Assembly (NCBI GenBank): GCA_964016885.1
Contig: OZ024742.1
Coordinates: forward strand, 10,726,001 to 10,790,000
Direction: 5' to 3'
Source of the DNA: Eledone cirrhosa
Lineage: Eukaryota
DNA: 64,000 bases
Shown: positions 39,639 to 53,140 of the stretch, in pieces
How positions within the stretch are numbered: position 1 is the stretch's first letter
Layout of the letters: each line of letters opens with the position of its first letter
The notes under the pieces: generated by a model
What the model was told of the DNA's origin: nothing
Database searches by the model: none
Seen by the model: the letters and a program-made list of their open reading frames with translations, nothing else
Made by a program: the position numbers and the translations under genes

Positions 39639-39852
39639 GGGGTGCTAAAAAGTTCCTGGCTTGATCACTGCTACAGAGGCCTTGTAGGAGGCCCACCCTT
39701 CTGAGTTATTTTTATATAGCTTAGATATACTGAAGGACCGCTGCAATAAGTGTGAGAATATGAGAGGGGAATATGTTGAATAAAATCATAATTAATTGAT
39801 CCTCCTGTATTTTCTTTTACCCAAAGCCAGGAACTTTTCAGCACTCCCTTGT
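39634..39852 (+). mobile_element. Internally deleted mariner (MITE-sized)
   Basis: TIRs agggggtgctaaaaagttcctggctt / aagccaggaacttttcagcactccct; retains the transposase C-terminus DRCNKCENMRGEYVE*. Confidence 0.8.
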
Positions 39853-40775
39853 GTATATATAAGAAAAAAATGAGGAAGTTTCATTTACATATGAAAAATA
39901 TTTATTGCTTATCGCTTACCTGGTTGCCTTTCGATATGATGGATGGACTACAGAATTCTGGAGAGTTGAAGAGAGAAATCTGGACACTCAGCGACAATGC
40001 CAAAGATAAAGACAAATTCACCTTGTGGACGAGAATGCAAGCACTCCTCCTTGTTTCGGCCGCGGATGGCTAACATAACCCCCCCCCCCCGCGCCCACCC
40101 CCCAAACGCAATCCAAAACTTCAGAGTTGGTACCATGAATGTAGGCACCTTAAAGGGTCGCTCTAACGAGGTTGTAGAAATGCTTGAACGTAAGGAGGTC
40201 GATGTTTGTTGTATTCAAGAGACCAGGTGGAGGGGTGGGTCTGCTAGATTCATCGTGGGTAAAGAACGATGCTATAAGCTTTTCTGGGTGGGAAATGACA
40301 ATGGGCTGGGTGGAGTAGGAATCATGGTAGCAGAAAAGTGGGCAGATAAGATAATAGACGTAAATAGAGTGAACGACAGAATAATTAAAATAAGACTTGT
40401 CCTCAATAGAACTATGGTGACAGTAATATCTGCATACGCACCCCAATCCGGACTGGCCGGCACTATAAAAGACAGATTCTATGAGACACTGATGCTCACT
40501 ACCTCCCAAATAACCGACAGTGACTATATAATTATTGCAGGCGACCTAAATGGTCACGTTGGACAACATTGTGACGGCTATGATGGAATCCATGGAGGCT
40601 ATGGGTTTGGTACTAGAAATGAGGAAGGCTCCAGAATCCTGGAATTCTGTGACGCAGATAACCTAACTATCTGTAACACTAACTTCAAAAAACGAGACAA
40701 TCACCTGATCACCTATAGATCGGGGGAACACACAATCCAGGTAGATTATATCATTACCGGAAGACGTGACAGAGT

Positions 40776-40997
40776 CATCATCATCATCATCATCATCAGG
40801 TTTAGCGTCCGTGTTCCACGCTTGCATGGGTTTGGACGGGGGTTTTCCCACTTGAGGCAAGAGTAGTTGTCTTGCTCGCATAGGACTGTCTGGCGGGTTT
40901 TCTACAGTTGGATGCCCTTCCTAACACCAACCACATTTACAGTGTGGGGCTGGGAGGTTTTTATCGTGTTGCCTACACGGCCACATTACAGCGTGGA
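40776..40997 (-). mobile_element. Short RTE 3' end inserted antisense inside the RTE endonuclease domain
   Basis: (atc)n-caggtttagcgtcc..cagcgtggactg replaces ~55 bp that is present in the copy at 52800-52855. Confidence 0.88.
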
Positions 40998-41600
40998 CTG
41001 ATAATTAGCGACCTCATAGTCAGGACGAGACGTACTAGACAGCAGAAGAGGACTATCCTCAGGAGAAAAATATGGAAGCTAAAGGACCCCACAGCCAGAA
41101 ATAAATTTAAAAGCATATTACTTGGTGCTTTCGACAGTAAGGAAGAACATTTAGAGTCGTATGATATAGAGGAACAGTGGGAATTCCTGAAAGCAAACCT
41201 GCTGATGGCGGCAGACGAAGTCTGTGGCTGGAGCAGGAGGAGAGTAGGCAGGAGGAGAGTAACATGGTGGTGGAACAGTAAGGTGGAGGGGTCAATTAAG
41301 GCCAAAAAGAAGTTTGGAAAGTATGGCGGGATGGGGGAAGTAGAGAAGACTATCAAGTGGCCAGGAGGGAAGCTAGGAGACAAGTGTACTTCGCAAGAAG
41401 GGAAGCAGAGGAAAGAAAGTTCAAGCATGTTCTACAACGCGAGGACCAAAAACGTGAGGTGTTCAGGATTGCTAGGCAATGTGTCAAGGAAAATCGTGAT
41501 ATTGTCGGGGAGAAGTGTGTACTAAACGATGATGGCACACTTGCCATCACCGACGCTGATAAGAAGGTAGCTTGGATGTGTCACTACGAAAGGCTACTAA

Positions 41601-43331
41601 ATGAGGAGAATAAATGGGAGAAAGACAGTCTCCCCCCACATCGACCCAATAGAGGGACCAGCAGTGTTAGTCGAAGGTAGTATAATAAGTAAGGCAATCA
41701 AAGATATGAAGACGGGTAAGGCGGCAGGGCCTTCAGAAATAGTTGCTGAAATGCTGAAAGCCTCTGGAATGGTGGGACAAACCATGGTCACCCGGATAGT
41801 AAACCAAGTCATACAGAATGGGGTTGTTCCGAAGGACTGGCGTAGCATCATCATCATTAACTGTTACAAGGGTATGTTACAAGGAGATGCCCTAAATAGG
41901 AGTAACTATAGAGGCATTAAATTAATCGACCAGGTCATGAAGGTCACGGAAAAAGTAATAGCGCAACTAATCAGAGAGAGAATTGATCTAGATGAAATGC
42001 AGTTTGGGTTTGTGTCAGGTAAAAGTCCCACAGACACTCTTTTCATTGTACGACAACTACAGGAGAAGTACCTAGCTAAAAGTAAACCCCTATACTTAGC
42101 TTTTGTCGACTTGGAGAAAGCCTTCGACAGAGTCCCCCGTTCCATTATCTGGTGGGCTCTTAGAAAACTAGGTGTTGACGAATGGTTTGTGAGAGCTATA
42201 CAAGCCATGTATAAAGAAACAGTGAGCAAGGTTAGAATTAACAACGAATATAGTGAAGAGTTTAACGTAAAAGTTGGTGTTCATCAGGGCTCTGTTCTTA
42301 GCCCCCTACCATTTATTATTGCCCTTCAGGCTATAACAGTGGAGTTCAAGACCGGCTGCCCATGGGAACTCCTATACGCAGATGATCTAACGCTCATAGC
42401 TGAATCAATGGCCGAGCTAGAGAAGAAATTCCAAACATGGAAGCACGGTCTAGAATCAAAAGGCCGAAAAATTAACCTGGCTAAGACTAAAGTTCTAGTT
42501 TGTAGAAAAGAAAATAAGGCACCGGTCCCTTCCGGGAAATGGCCATGCTCAGTGTGTAGGAAAGGCGTAGGTAGAAACTCCATTTTATGTCCCAAATGCA
42601 AAGTATGGGTGCATAAAAGATGTAGTGGGATCACAGGTAAGCTAACTAAGAACATAGATTTTACATGTGGCCGGTGCTCTGGTGCAATAAGTAGCAGCAA
42701 GCGCCCTCAAAATACTAGCTCTTTCAATTGCGCAGAGGGTTCTATAGAAATAGTGGACAGCTTCCGTTACCTGGGTGATAAAATCAGCAGTGGGGGAGGG
42801 TGCTCTGAAAGTACAGTAGATAGAGTCAGAACTGGATGGAAAAAGTTCAGAGAGCTTATACCACTATTAGCTGCTAAAGGGTTCTCCTTAAAAATGAAAG
42901 GCAGGTTGTATGATGCCTGCATACGAACAGCAATGCTGCATGGCAGTGAGATCTGGGCATTGTGTGCAGAGGATATACGCAGACTAGAGAGGAACGAAGC
43001 TTGCATGCTCCGCTGGATGTGTAATAGTAATATACGTGAACAGCAAAGCATAAACGAACTAAGGGAAAAATTAGAAATAAGAGGGATCAGATGTTGTTTA
43101 CTCGAGAGAAGGCTACGTTGGTATGGTCACGTGATGCGCATGAAAGATGACAGCTGTATAAAAAAGTGCAGGGCAATAAAGATAGACGGTAGCCATGGAG
43201 TAGGCAGACCCAGAAAAACCTGGGATGACTTGATAAATTCCGACCTCACACACTTACACCTCTCCAAGACAATGTCACTGGACCATGATCTTTGGCGGTA
43301 CTCAGTAATAGAGAAGACCCGCCTTGCCTAA
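41601..43331 (+). pseudogene. RTE reverse transcriptase ORF with PHD-like zinc finger insert
   Basis: 576-aa open frame with YADD; disconnected from the endonuclease by frameshifts and an insertion. Confidence 0.85.
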
Positions 43332-43723
43332 GTACAAAGCGAAACCTATAGTCAGTAGGCACCTCTAACAAAATACACCCCCATCCCACTACCCTCACCC
43401 CATCCACACCGCCCCTTTCAATGTAAAGTTATGTTGGTGCCACAACATCCAGGCCGAAACAAATGAGGTCGTGTGGGTGTCACGACAAAAAAACACACAG
43501 TCCACGCTGTAATGTGGCCGTGTAGGCAACACAGTAAAAACCTCCCAGCCCCACACTGTAAATGTGATTGGTGTTAGGAAGGGCATCCAGCTGTAGAAAA
43601 CCCGCCAGACAGTCCTATGCAAGCAAGACAACCACTCTTGCCTCAAGTGGGAAAACTCTCGTCCAAACCCATGCAAGCGTGGAACATGGACGTTAAACGA
43701 TGATGATGATGATGATGATGATG

Positions 43724-43828
43724 ACCTGTTATGTGCATTTCGCAGAGGATTGGTTGAAGGTGACCGATAAGAGTTATAGACCCGACTCCAGTATCAATCT
43801 ACTCCTCAGACTGATGATGCAACACAAT
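43724..43828 (-). ncRNA. Hammerhead mini-element split by the RTE insertion (remainder at 39860-39922)
   Basis: Minus strand: cagt-CTGAGGA-gtaga..tctgc-GAAA-TGCACA-TA-acag. Confidence 0.65.
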
Positions 43829-43922
43829 ATATATATATAATAAGTAAACAAAAATACCAAAGCAAATGACACAGTATGCTGAAAAATATTTTGGTTTAAT
43901 GTTTGAAATAATAGGCAAAGCG

Positions 43923-43957
43923 TCTTAACGTTTTAGACCGTAGTCCTTCATCAGAAA
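43923..43957 (-). ncRNA. Degenerate minimal hammerhead
   Basis: ttt-CTGATGA-a-ggac tacg gtct-AAAA-CG-TT-aag (G12A). Confidence 0.45.
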
Positions 43958-45081
43958 GTAGAATGAGAAATAAAAAATGAAAATGAAGGTTAAATGATGA
44001 GGATGATGACAGCCTTGTGCCAAAAAGTATAAACAATTATTCAGATCATTACCATTATTATTTCTATGATTCCCATTATTATTAACACTACACATTGTCA
44101 GAAAGAACAGATGCATGCCATTCCTATGAGAGATAAAAAAATCTAAAAGATAAAGTCTCAAAATGAAGGTTTGCAAGTGATCAGACTACCAGAAGAAATT
44201 CATAACTGTAAAATCTGAATGTAATATAGTATTTTATTTTCTGTCTTACTTTTACATATGACAATTTGAAAAAGGTCAGTCATTTCAAACTAGAAATATT
44301 TCTAATTTCTTGCTGTGTGAAAAGATTAAAAAGATAAAATACATAAAGACAAAATGTTTCTTCAGTTAGGCCACCCAAGAAATCTGTCTAAAATTTATGC
44401 CAAGATATATCTGCAGCTTACCACTTTTTCTGTTAGAAATAGATTTGGATTTTTTTTCTCTCTCTCAGCCTTTCACTAATCTCTCTCTGTATGTATGATG
44501 ATGATATATACATACATACATATATATATACGCACACACCACTCATGCACACATACACATATGCACACATAGATTTACCTATATATACTGTATATGGATT
44601 TTTCACTATTCTTTCCAAAACAATAATCCTAATTTAATTGCAGACACCTTAAATGGCAACAGATTTCTTTGTGTTGGTGCAAGAATTTCAGTTTGGTTTT
44701 AAGAAATCAAAAGTATGTTAGAAATTTGTAAGAATTGTGCTGCAAATAGACAGAGAATCAGAATTGGTTGGCTTTCTCTCATTTCCGAACCAAAGTACTT
44801 TTGTACCAAATAAAAAATATAGTAAAAATAAATTGATAACAAAAAGACAAGATATAAATACAACAACAAAAATAATAGAAGAAAGAAATGAAAAAAAGGA
44901 GACAATAAAGAAGTTAAAATGTATAAAAAATGAGAGAAAGGAAAATAAAAATATATCTAAATGTATCTAATTCACAGCCAGAAAAAACTACATAATAAAG
45001 ATTATCTCGGTATTGGAAGTCTGTCTTGAAAAATGAGAAAAACAAGTAACAAACATGTAAAAACAAGCACATACATCATAT

Positions 45082-45084
<3 letters not shown>

Positions 45085-45161
<77 letters not shown>

Positions 45162-45537
45162 TGTGTGTGTATAAATATATGTGTGTGTGTGTATATATAT
45201 ATGTGTGTGTGTATAAATATATATGTGTGTGTGTATATATATATATATGTGTGTATATATATATATAAGTGTGTATATATATATATGTGTGTATATATAA
45301 ATATGTGTGTGTGTGTGTATATATATATATGTGTGTGTATATATATATGTGTATATATATATATATGTGTATATATATGTGTGTGTGTGTATATATATAT
45401 GTGTGTATATATATATATATGTGTGTGTATGTATATATGTGTATATATATGTGTATATATATATATATATGTGTATATATATATATATATGTGTATATAT
45501 ATATATATGTGTATATATATATGTGTGTATATATATA

Positions 45538-45568
<31 letters not shown>

Positions 45569-45676
45569 GGATATATATATATATATATATATGGATATAT
45601 ATATATATATATATGGATATATATATATCCATATATATATATATATATATATATATATCCATATATATATATATAT
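45085..45676. repeat. (TA)n/(TG)n compound microsatellite
   Basis: Directly visible. Confidence 0.92.
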
Positions 45677-46020
45677 GGAGGCACATGGCTTAGTGGTTAG
45701 AGCATTGGCCTTGCAATCGAAAGGTTGTGAGTTCAATTCTAAGACTGGGTGATGTGTTGTTTCCTTGAGCAAGACACTTTATTTCCCATTGCTCCAGTTT
45801 ACTCAGCTGTAGAAATGAGATGAGAGGGACTGCGGTCCCTATCATTCCACTGTAAAGTGGTCGTGGAGGTGCCACGGCAAAAAAGCACCCAGCACTCACT
45901 GTAAATGAGGTTGGTGTTAGGAAGGGCATCCAGCTGTAGAAATCAAGCCAGAATCAGTTCCCGTCCCACCCTTGCAAGCAGGGAAAAAGCGGACGTAAAA
46001 TGAAATGAAATGATGAATGA
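45677..46020 (+). mobile_element. tRNA/CORE-like SINE family 2 with RTE tail
   Basis: Same head and core as 8691; single tail unit. Confidence 0.88.
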
Positions 46021-46037
46021 TATATATATATATATAT

Positions 46038-46084
<47 letters not shown>

Positions 46085-46175
46085 TATATATATATGTGGA
46101 TATATATATATATATATATATGTGGATATATATATATATATATATATATATATGGATATATATATATATATATGT

Positions 46176-46209
<34 letters not shown>

Positions 46210-46375
46210 ATATTGTTATACTTTGGGAGGGTCATGTGGCCAATAAGAAACACACGCACCAGTTGCTTTCACTTCAATTTATTATATATTTATAAATTTA
46301 TAAATTTACAAATTTACAAACTTATAAATTTCTGGTTGGTTGGTTGGTTCCACAACCAGATAGTTGTTTATATAT

Positions 46376-46420
46376 AGTCATAGTCCTTTCGTCACACACT
46401 CTGTGACCTCTTCAGTGACT
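46376..46420 (-). ncRNA. Minimal type I hammerhead ribozyme in PLE terminal repeat
   Basis: AGTCA-CTGAAGA-g-GTCACA gagtg TGTGAC-GAAA-ggac-TA-TGACT; stems I and II pair perfectly. Confidence 0.85.
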
Positions 46421-46695
46421 GGGGATTCCTTTCTTTGTTTCTGTGCCTTTCCTTTCTTCTATCCTACGCCATTTTGTTTCTGTGTGTGTGTTGTGTGCTC
46501 CGTTTGCGCATGCGCCACATCCGGGTGTTTGTGTGTGTTTGTGTTCATTTATCTATTTGTTTATTTATTTAATTATTTATTGTTGGTTGTTTGTTCTATG
46601 TGTGTGTGTGTTTTCATTTTGTCCTGTGTGTGTTTTCATTTTGTCCTTAATTGTAAGTTGTTTGTTCTATGTGTGTGTGTGTTTTCATTTTGTCC

Positions 46696-48351
46696 TTAAT
46701 TGTAAGTTGTGATGTTGCTGTTCCACTCATATTTTCTATTTAATTTTGGTTTTAATTCTTTTATACTTACTGCCTCTGTAATTTGCCTAAACATTGCGTC
46801 TTTTCTGTGTGTGGATTCTATTTTTATTTCTATGCTCTCTAATCTACCCCTGTGTTCTATCTTAGCATGTTGGTAGAGCACAGATGATTCTTTATTATCT
46901 TGGAGGTCTCGCCAGTGTTCATTTATTCGTTCCCCTATACTACGAGCTGTCTCACCTATGTACACTATATTTTTGTTTCTACATTGTCCTTCAGTACATC
47001 TTATGCTATACACTACATTTCTAGTTTTACAGTTAATATGGGGGCTTATTTTACAGGTTATACATTTCTTATGTATACATGAGGGTCTTTGGAATGGGTA
47101 TGTCTTGCTAATAAGTGTTTTTACGGAGGTACCAGGTCTTTCTACTATCTTAATATTGAGATTATGTTTATTTAGGGCCCTTTTAAATTTGTAGGCTAGT
47201 TCGCCTCTAGGGGTTGTATCGATGAACATTACACTCTGGTAATTATTGCTATCATACCATGAGTTTATTCTATTGGCCTTGTTCCTAGTTCTTTCTATCC
47301 TATTCCAAAATTTGCTCCTATACAAGGGGCAGGTCCCATTTATGTCATTATTTACCATTTTTTCCCATTTGGTTCTGGCTCCTTTATACACTCTGATTCT
47401 ATCTCTCTGATTGTAGCCAGAGAACTGCATACGGTGGATGAAGTGTTGTATGTGTCTCTCTAGTTCTTCGGGGTTGCACATGCGGGACACATTTCTCATC
47501 ACCCGTACCAAATCCGCAATCAGTATGTTGATTTTGGTATGGTCTGAAATGGCCGAGTTTCGGTGGATCAGATGTTTGGAAGTCATGGGTTTGGCATAAT
47601 GGGAATGGAGGATTTGTTTTTGGTTGTTAACGGTATCTAACCAGAGCTCTGTGTCTAGTACAGGTAATCGATGGTTGGGGTGTCTACTTGGGTAATCTAT
47701 AGTAACTCTAATGCTCTGGTGGATGGAGTTTGCTATTTGCTGGATGCTTTCCATTGTGTTTTTCTCTAGTTCCTGACTGTTCTTTAGTGGGGGTGTCTTA
47801 ACTACGATGTTTATATCATCTACGTAGCGGGAGTACATTATCAGGGTTAAGCTGTCTTCTAATTGTTCATTAAGTTTTTGTTTAAGTCTACTGTCCCACC
47901 ATACCATGAATAAGTTAGCTATGTCGCCTGCAATGCTAACACCAATGGCTGCTCCTTCCTCTTGGGCATATGTTTTACCATTAAATTTGAACATATGTTC
48001 CTTAAGGGTTAATTTTATGCTGGCCCCTACCGCATGTGCAATCATTTTCTTCAGTTCATCGTGGTTTTCGGGTGTCCGTATGGCTCTGGTCCACCCGTTC
48101 CATCTATCTGTGTGGGTTTTCTTGGCCATTGAGGTAATGGTAGGTGGTCTGCCTCTTGCTGGTCTTGTAGGGCACAGGTTGCTAAGGTCATAAGTGTCTA
48201 GGTAAATATTGCTATGGGTAAGCTTAAGTAGAAGTCCCAGCTCACTGGTATCAATCCCACGGAACTCAACCTTGCTCTCGCTGATCATTTCTACGCATTT
48301 CTCCACAGCAAAATCCACGTCAATAGATGGATACAGGGACACAACATCCAT
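46696..48351 (-). pseudogene. PLE RT/GIY-YIG ORF (C-terminal 551 aa)
   Basis: In frame with upstream 48385-49120, separated by a TGA at 48385-48387. Confidence 0.85.
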
Positions 48352-49226
48352 ACTGCCTATTATGCAGTTTGTTAGGTCCCCAGATCAGTTACCCGCGCCG
48401 ATTCTACTGAGGAGGTCCTCCGTGCTGTCACACACATCTGGGGACATCTCAATGATGGGGCGCATGATCAGGGAGAGGAAGTAGGACAGTCTGTAGTTAC
48501 TAGCAATGTTAGCCCCACAGACTGGCCATGTTGGTGGTCCCGCGACAGAGTCCCAGCCCGTTTTATGGTCTTTTCGAAGCCCATACAACGCCGGCACGTC
48601 ATTGTTCCAGGCCTGGAAGTTGTTGGCAGTCCTTTTGTTGGGCTGCATTATATTCGTCCACATCACCATATGGGCATTTAGGGCTTTTTCTCTATCCTCA
48701 TGCTCCTGTGGTGTTACCTCTCTTGTGTTAGTGATGTGGGGTTGCATTGCCTGGATGTAGTTTGGCAGGCTGTCAACCGACATTCTGCCAGACTTGTCTG
48801 TTGGAAAACATGCTATCTCTCCATTACGCGAGCGCTGCATGAGCTTACGCAAGCCATTTGCAGATTCTTCTCCCAGTTGCTGGGCCTCTATTCTATTATG
48901 CTTCTTGCTATACTGTTCTATAATATTTCTAAGTTCGGATTTAGCTATACTAAATTGTGCCTCTGTTTGTTCATCGACCTGCGACGGCAACTGCGTGCGT
49001 TTGTTAAATGGCAAAGTCGTGGCGTGGACTCGTCGTAGGTCGAATGATTTATCGGAGGGGTTATAAAACGGAGAGTTCCAGGCTGCTGCTTTATGTGTAC
49101 TAGTGCTATTATTATTGTTAGTTGTATATATGGATATATATATATATATATATATATATGGATATATATATATATATGGATATATATATATATATATATA
49201 TATGGATATATATATATATATATGTG

Positions 49227-49267
<41 letters not shown>

Positions 49268-49365
49268 ATATATATATATATATGTGGATCATCATCATCA
49301 TCATCATCAGGTTTAGCGTCCGTGTTCCACGCTTGCATGGGTTTGGACGGTGCATGGGTTTGGAC

Positions 49366-49410
<45 letters not shown>

Positions 49411-49417
49411 ATAAATA

Positions 49418-49985
49418 TGATAATAATGGAGCTGCGGCGCTGCAAATGGGTTACATATGAAAAAGTTTGTCCACATCAGTGGCCTTCCAACCGTGGTAGG
49501 CATTTCGTCGCATTAAAGGCCATATACCTCAGGTTGGTGCGAGCAACGGCTAAAAAAAAGTCGTTGGGACACGTAAATAAAGGGGACGCTAGGATAAACA
49601 AACAAAATGGTTTAAGCAGCAGAAAGTGATGAAGAAGGAAACAAATCCCAGATTTCTATGAATATAAACTCGGTGAAATCGTGAACGAGAGAATAAAGAC
49701 CATCAAACCTGGTTGAAATGTGAGCAAGGAAGAAATTTCGCACAGGTCTAACGGGAGGAAGAAGGGGTCTGGTCTGCGAATTCGGTAAACATAAGTTCTG
49801 TGAAGTCGCAGACGAGAGAGAGAGAAAAAAATTCATACCGGCTTGGCCAAGTGCCCGCGAGAAAAGGATTACGGACAGGTCAAACGGGAAGAAAGGGGAG
49901 GAGGAGAGGTAGTGACAGAGAGTGAGTGAGTGAAAGGTGAGGAAGAGGCTAACAGAGAAAGAGACTGCTAGAAAGGCTAAAGACA
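49418..49985 (-). mobile_element. Rearranged-hammerhead family element, copy 2 (divergent)
   Basis: Homologous to copies 1 and 3; motif at 49469-49542. Confidence 0.72.
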
Positions 49986-50005
49986 CATATATATATATAT
50001 ATATG

Positions 50006-50055
<50 letters not shown>

Positions 50056-50072
50056 GATATATATATATATAT

Positions 50073-52951
50073 ATCATCATCATCATCATCATCAACGTTT
50101 AACGTCCGTGTTCCACGCTTGCATGGGTTTGGACGGGGGTAGTCCCACTTGAGGCAAGAGTGATTGTCTTGCTCACATAGGACTGTCTGGCAGGTTTTCT
50201 ACAGTTGGATGCCCTTCCTAACACCAACCACATTTACAGTGTGGGTCTGGGAGGTTTTTACCGTGTTGCCTACACGGCCACATTACAGCGTGGACTGTGT
50301 GTTTTTTTGTCGTGACACCTACACGATCTCATTTGTTTCGGCCTGGATGGCGCGGCACCAACATAACTTTACATAGAACGGGGTGGTGCGGATGAGGTGG
50401 GGGTGGTGGTGGTGGGACGGGGTGTATTTTGTTAGAGATGCCTACTGGCTGGAGTAGGTTTTACTATGTATTTAGGTAAGGCGGGTCTTCTCTGTTACTG
50501 AGTACCGCCAAAGGTCTCGGTCCAGTGACATTGTCTTGGAGAGGTGTAAGTGTGTGAGGTCGGAGTTTATCAGCTCGTCCCAGGTTTTTCTAGGTCTGCC
50601 TATTCCGTGGCTACCGTCTATCTTTATTGCCCTGCACTTTGTTATACAGCTATCGACTTTCATGCGCATCATGTGTCCATACCAACGTAGCCTTCTCTCG
50701 GGTAAACAACATCTGATCCCTCTTATCTCTAATTTTTTCCTTAGTTCGTTTATGCTTTGCCGTTCACGTATATTACTGTTACACATCCAGCGGAGCATGC
50801 AAGCTTCATTCCTCTCTAGTCTGCGTATATCCTCTGCACACAATGCCCAGGTCTCACTGCCATGCAACATTGCTGTTCGTATGCAGGCATCATACAACCT
50901 GCCTTTCATTTTTAGGGAGAACCCTTTAGCAGCTAATAGTGGTATAAGCTCTCTGAACTTTTTCCAACCAGTTCTGACTCTAGCTACTGTACTTTCAGAG
51001 CACCCTCCCCCACTGCTGATTTTATCGCCCAGGTAACGGAAGCTGTCCACTATTTCTATAGAACCCTCTGCGCAATTGAAAGAGCTAGTATTTTGTGGGC
51101 ACTTGCTGCTACTTATTGCACCAGAACACCGGCCACATGTAAAATCTATGTTCTTAGTTAGCTTACCTGTGATCCCACTACATCTTTTATGCACCCATAC
51201 TTTGCATTTAGGACATAAAATGGAGTTTCTACCTACGCCTTTCCTACACACCGAGCACGACCATTTCCCAGAAGGGACCGCCGCCTTGTTTTCTTTCCTA
51301 CAAACTAGAACTTTAGTCTTAGCCAGGTTAATTTTAAGTCCTTTTGACTCTAGGCCGTGCTTCCATGTTTGGAATTTCTTCTCTAGCTCGGCCATTGATT
51401 CCGCTATGAGTGTCAGGTCGTCTGCGTATAGGAGTTCCCATGGGCAGCCGGTCTTGAACTCCTCTGTTATAACCTGAAGGGCAATAATAAATAGTAGGGG
51501 GCTGAGAACAGAGCCCTGATGGACGCCAACTTTTACGCTAAACTCTTCACTATATTCGTTGTTAATTCTAACCTTGCTGACTGTTTCTTTATACATGGCT
51601 TGTATAGCCCTCACAAGCCATTCGTCAACGTCTAGTTTTCTAAGAGCCCACCAGATAATGGAGCGGGGGACTCTGTCGAAGGCTTTCTCCAAGTTGACAA
51701 AAGCTAACTAAAGGGGTTACCTTTAGCTAGGTACTTCTCCTGTAGTTGTCGTACAATGAAAAGAGCGTCTGTGGTACTTTTGCCTGACACAAACCCGAAC
51801 TGCATTTCATCTAGGTCAATTCTCTCTCTGATTAGTTGCGCTATTACTTTTTCCGTGACCTTCATGACCTGGTCGATTAATTTAATGCCTCTATAGTTAC
51901 TCCTATCTAGGGCGTCTCCTTTACCCTTATAACAGTTAACGATGATGCTGCTATGCCAGTCCTTCGGAACAACCCCATTCTGTACGACTTGGTTAACTAT
52001 GCGGGTGACCATGGTGTGTCCCACCGTGCCAGATGCCTTCAGCATCTCAGCAACTATTTCCGAAGGCCCAGCCGCCTTACCCGTCTTCATATCCTTGATT
52101 GCCTTACTTATTATACTCCCCTCGACTAACACTGCTGGTCCCTCTATTGGGTCGATATGGGGGAGACTGTCTTTCAACCATTTATTCTCCTCATTTAGTA
52201 GCCTTTCATAGTGACACTTCCAAGCTACCTTCTTATCAGCGTCGGTGATGGCAAGTGTGCCATCATCGTTTAGTACACACTTCTCCCCGACAATATCACG
52301 GTTTTCCTTGACGCATTGCCTAGCAATCCTGAACACCTCACGTTTTTGATCCTCGCGTTGTAGAACATGCTTGAACTTTCTTTCCTCTGCTTCCCTTCTT
52401 GCTAAGTACACTTGTCTCCTAGCTTCCCTCCTGGCCACTTGATAGTCTTCTCTACTTCCCCCATCCCGCCATACTTTCCAAGGCTGCTTTTTTGCCTTAA
52501 TTGACCCCTCCACTTTACTGTTCCACCACCATGTTACTCTCCTCCTGCCTACAGGCCTGCTCCAGCCACAGACTTCGTCTGTCGCCATCAGCAGGTTTGC
52601 TTTCAGGAATTCCCACTGTCCCTCTATATTGTCCGACTGTAAATGTTCTTCCTTACTGTCGAAAGCATCAAGTAATATGCTTTGAAATTAATTTCTGGCT
52701 GTGGGGTCCTTTAGCTTCCATATTTTTCTCCTGAGGATAGTCCTCTTCTGCTGTCGAGTACGTCTCGTCCTGACTATGAGGTCGCTAATTATCAGTCTAT
52801 GTTGGGAGGTGCATTCTTCATGGGGGAGGGATTTAGTGTTTACAACAGACACTCTTTCACGTCTTCTGGTAAGGATATAATCTACCTGGCTTGTGTGTTC
52901 CCCGGATCTATAGGTGATCAGGTGATTGTCACGTTTTTTGAAGTTAGTGTT

Positions 52952-52954
<3 letters not shown>
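50073..52954 (-). mobile_element. RTE subfamily A LINE, 5'-truncated within the endonuclease
   Basis: ORFs 50472-51692, 51704-52588 and the SQVDYIL..SQHRLI segment; (TA)n on both sides. Confidence 0.94.
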
Positions 52955-52985
<31 letters not shown>

Positions 52986-52986
52986 G

Positions 52987-53019
<33 letters not shown>

Positions 53020-53048
53020 GATATATATATATATATATATATATATGT

Positions 53049-53125
<77 letters not shown>

Positions 53126-53140
53126 ATTGTATATATATAT

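Larger units (their letters stand above)
39923..43723 (+). mobile_element. Near full-length RTE subfamily A LINE (APE endonuclease + RT), disrupted
   Basis: APE motifs GTMNV, IQETRW, SAYAPQ, GDLNGHVG, VDYI (39997-40775); RT ORF 41601-43331; frameshifts; ACCTG duplication at 39918-39922 and 43724-43728. Confidence 0.95.
46209..49124 (-). mobile_element. Penelope-like element (Neptune-type), RT + GIY-YIG, one in-frame stop
   Basis: [65 protein letters not shown]. Terminal ..ccctcccaaagtataacaata resembles the 9617 element. Confidence 0.93.

Noticed and set aside
48385-48387. In-frame TGA in the PLE ORF as selenocysteine or read-through
   Set aside because: It lies in a variable region and I recognised no SECIS. 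CGA-to-TGA decay is simpler, and the nearby PTWP (normally PxRP) suggests the same type of change.
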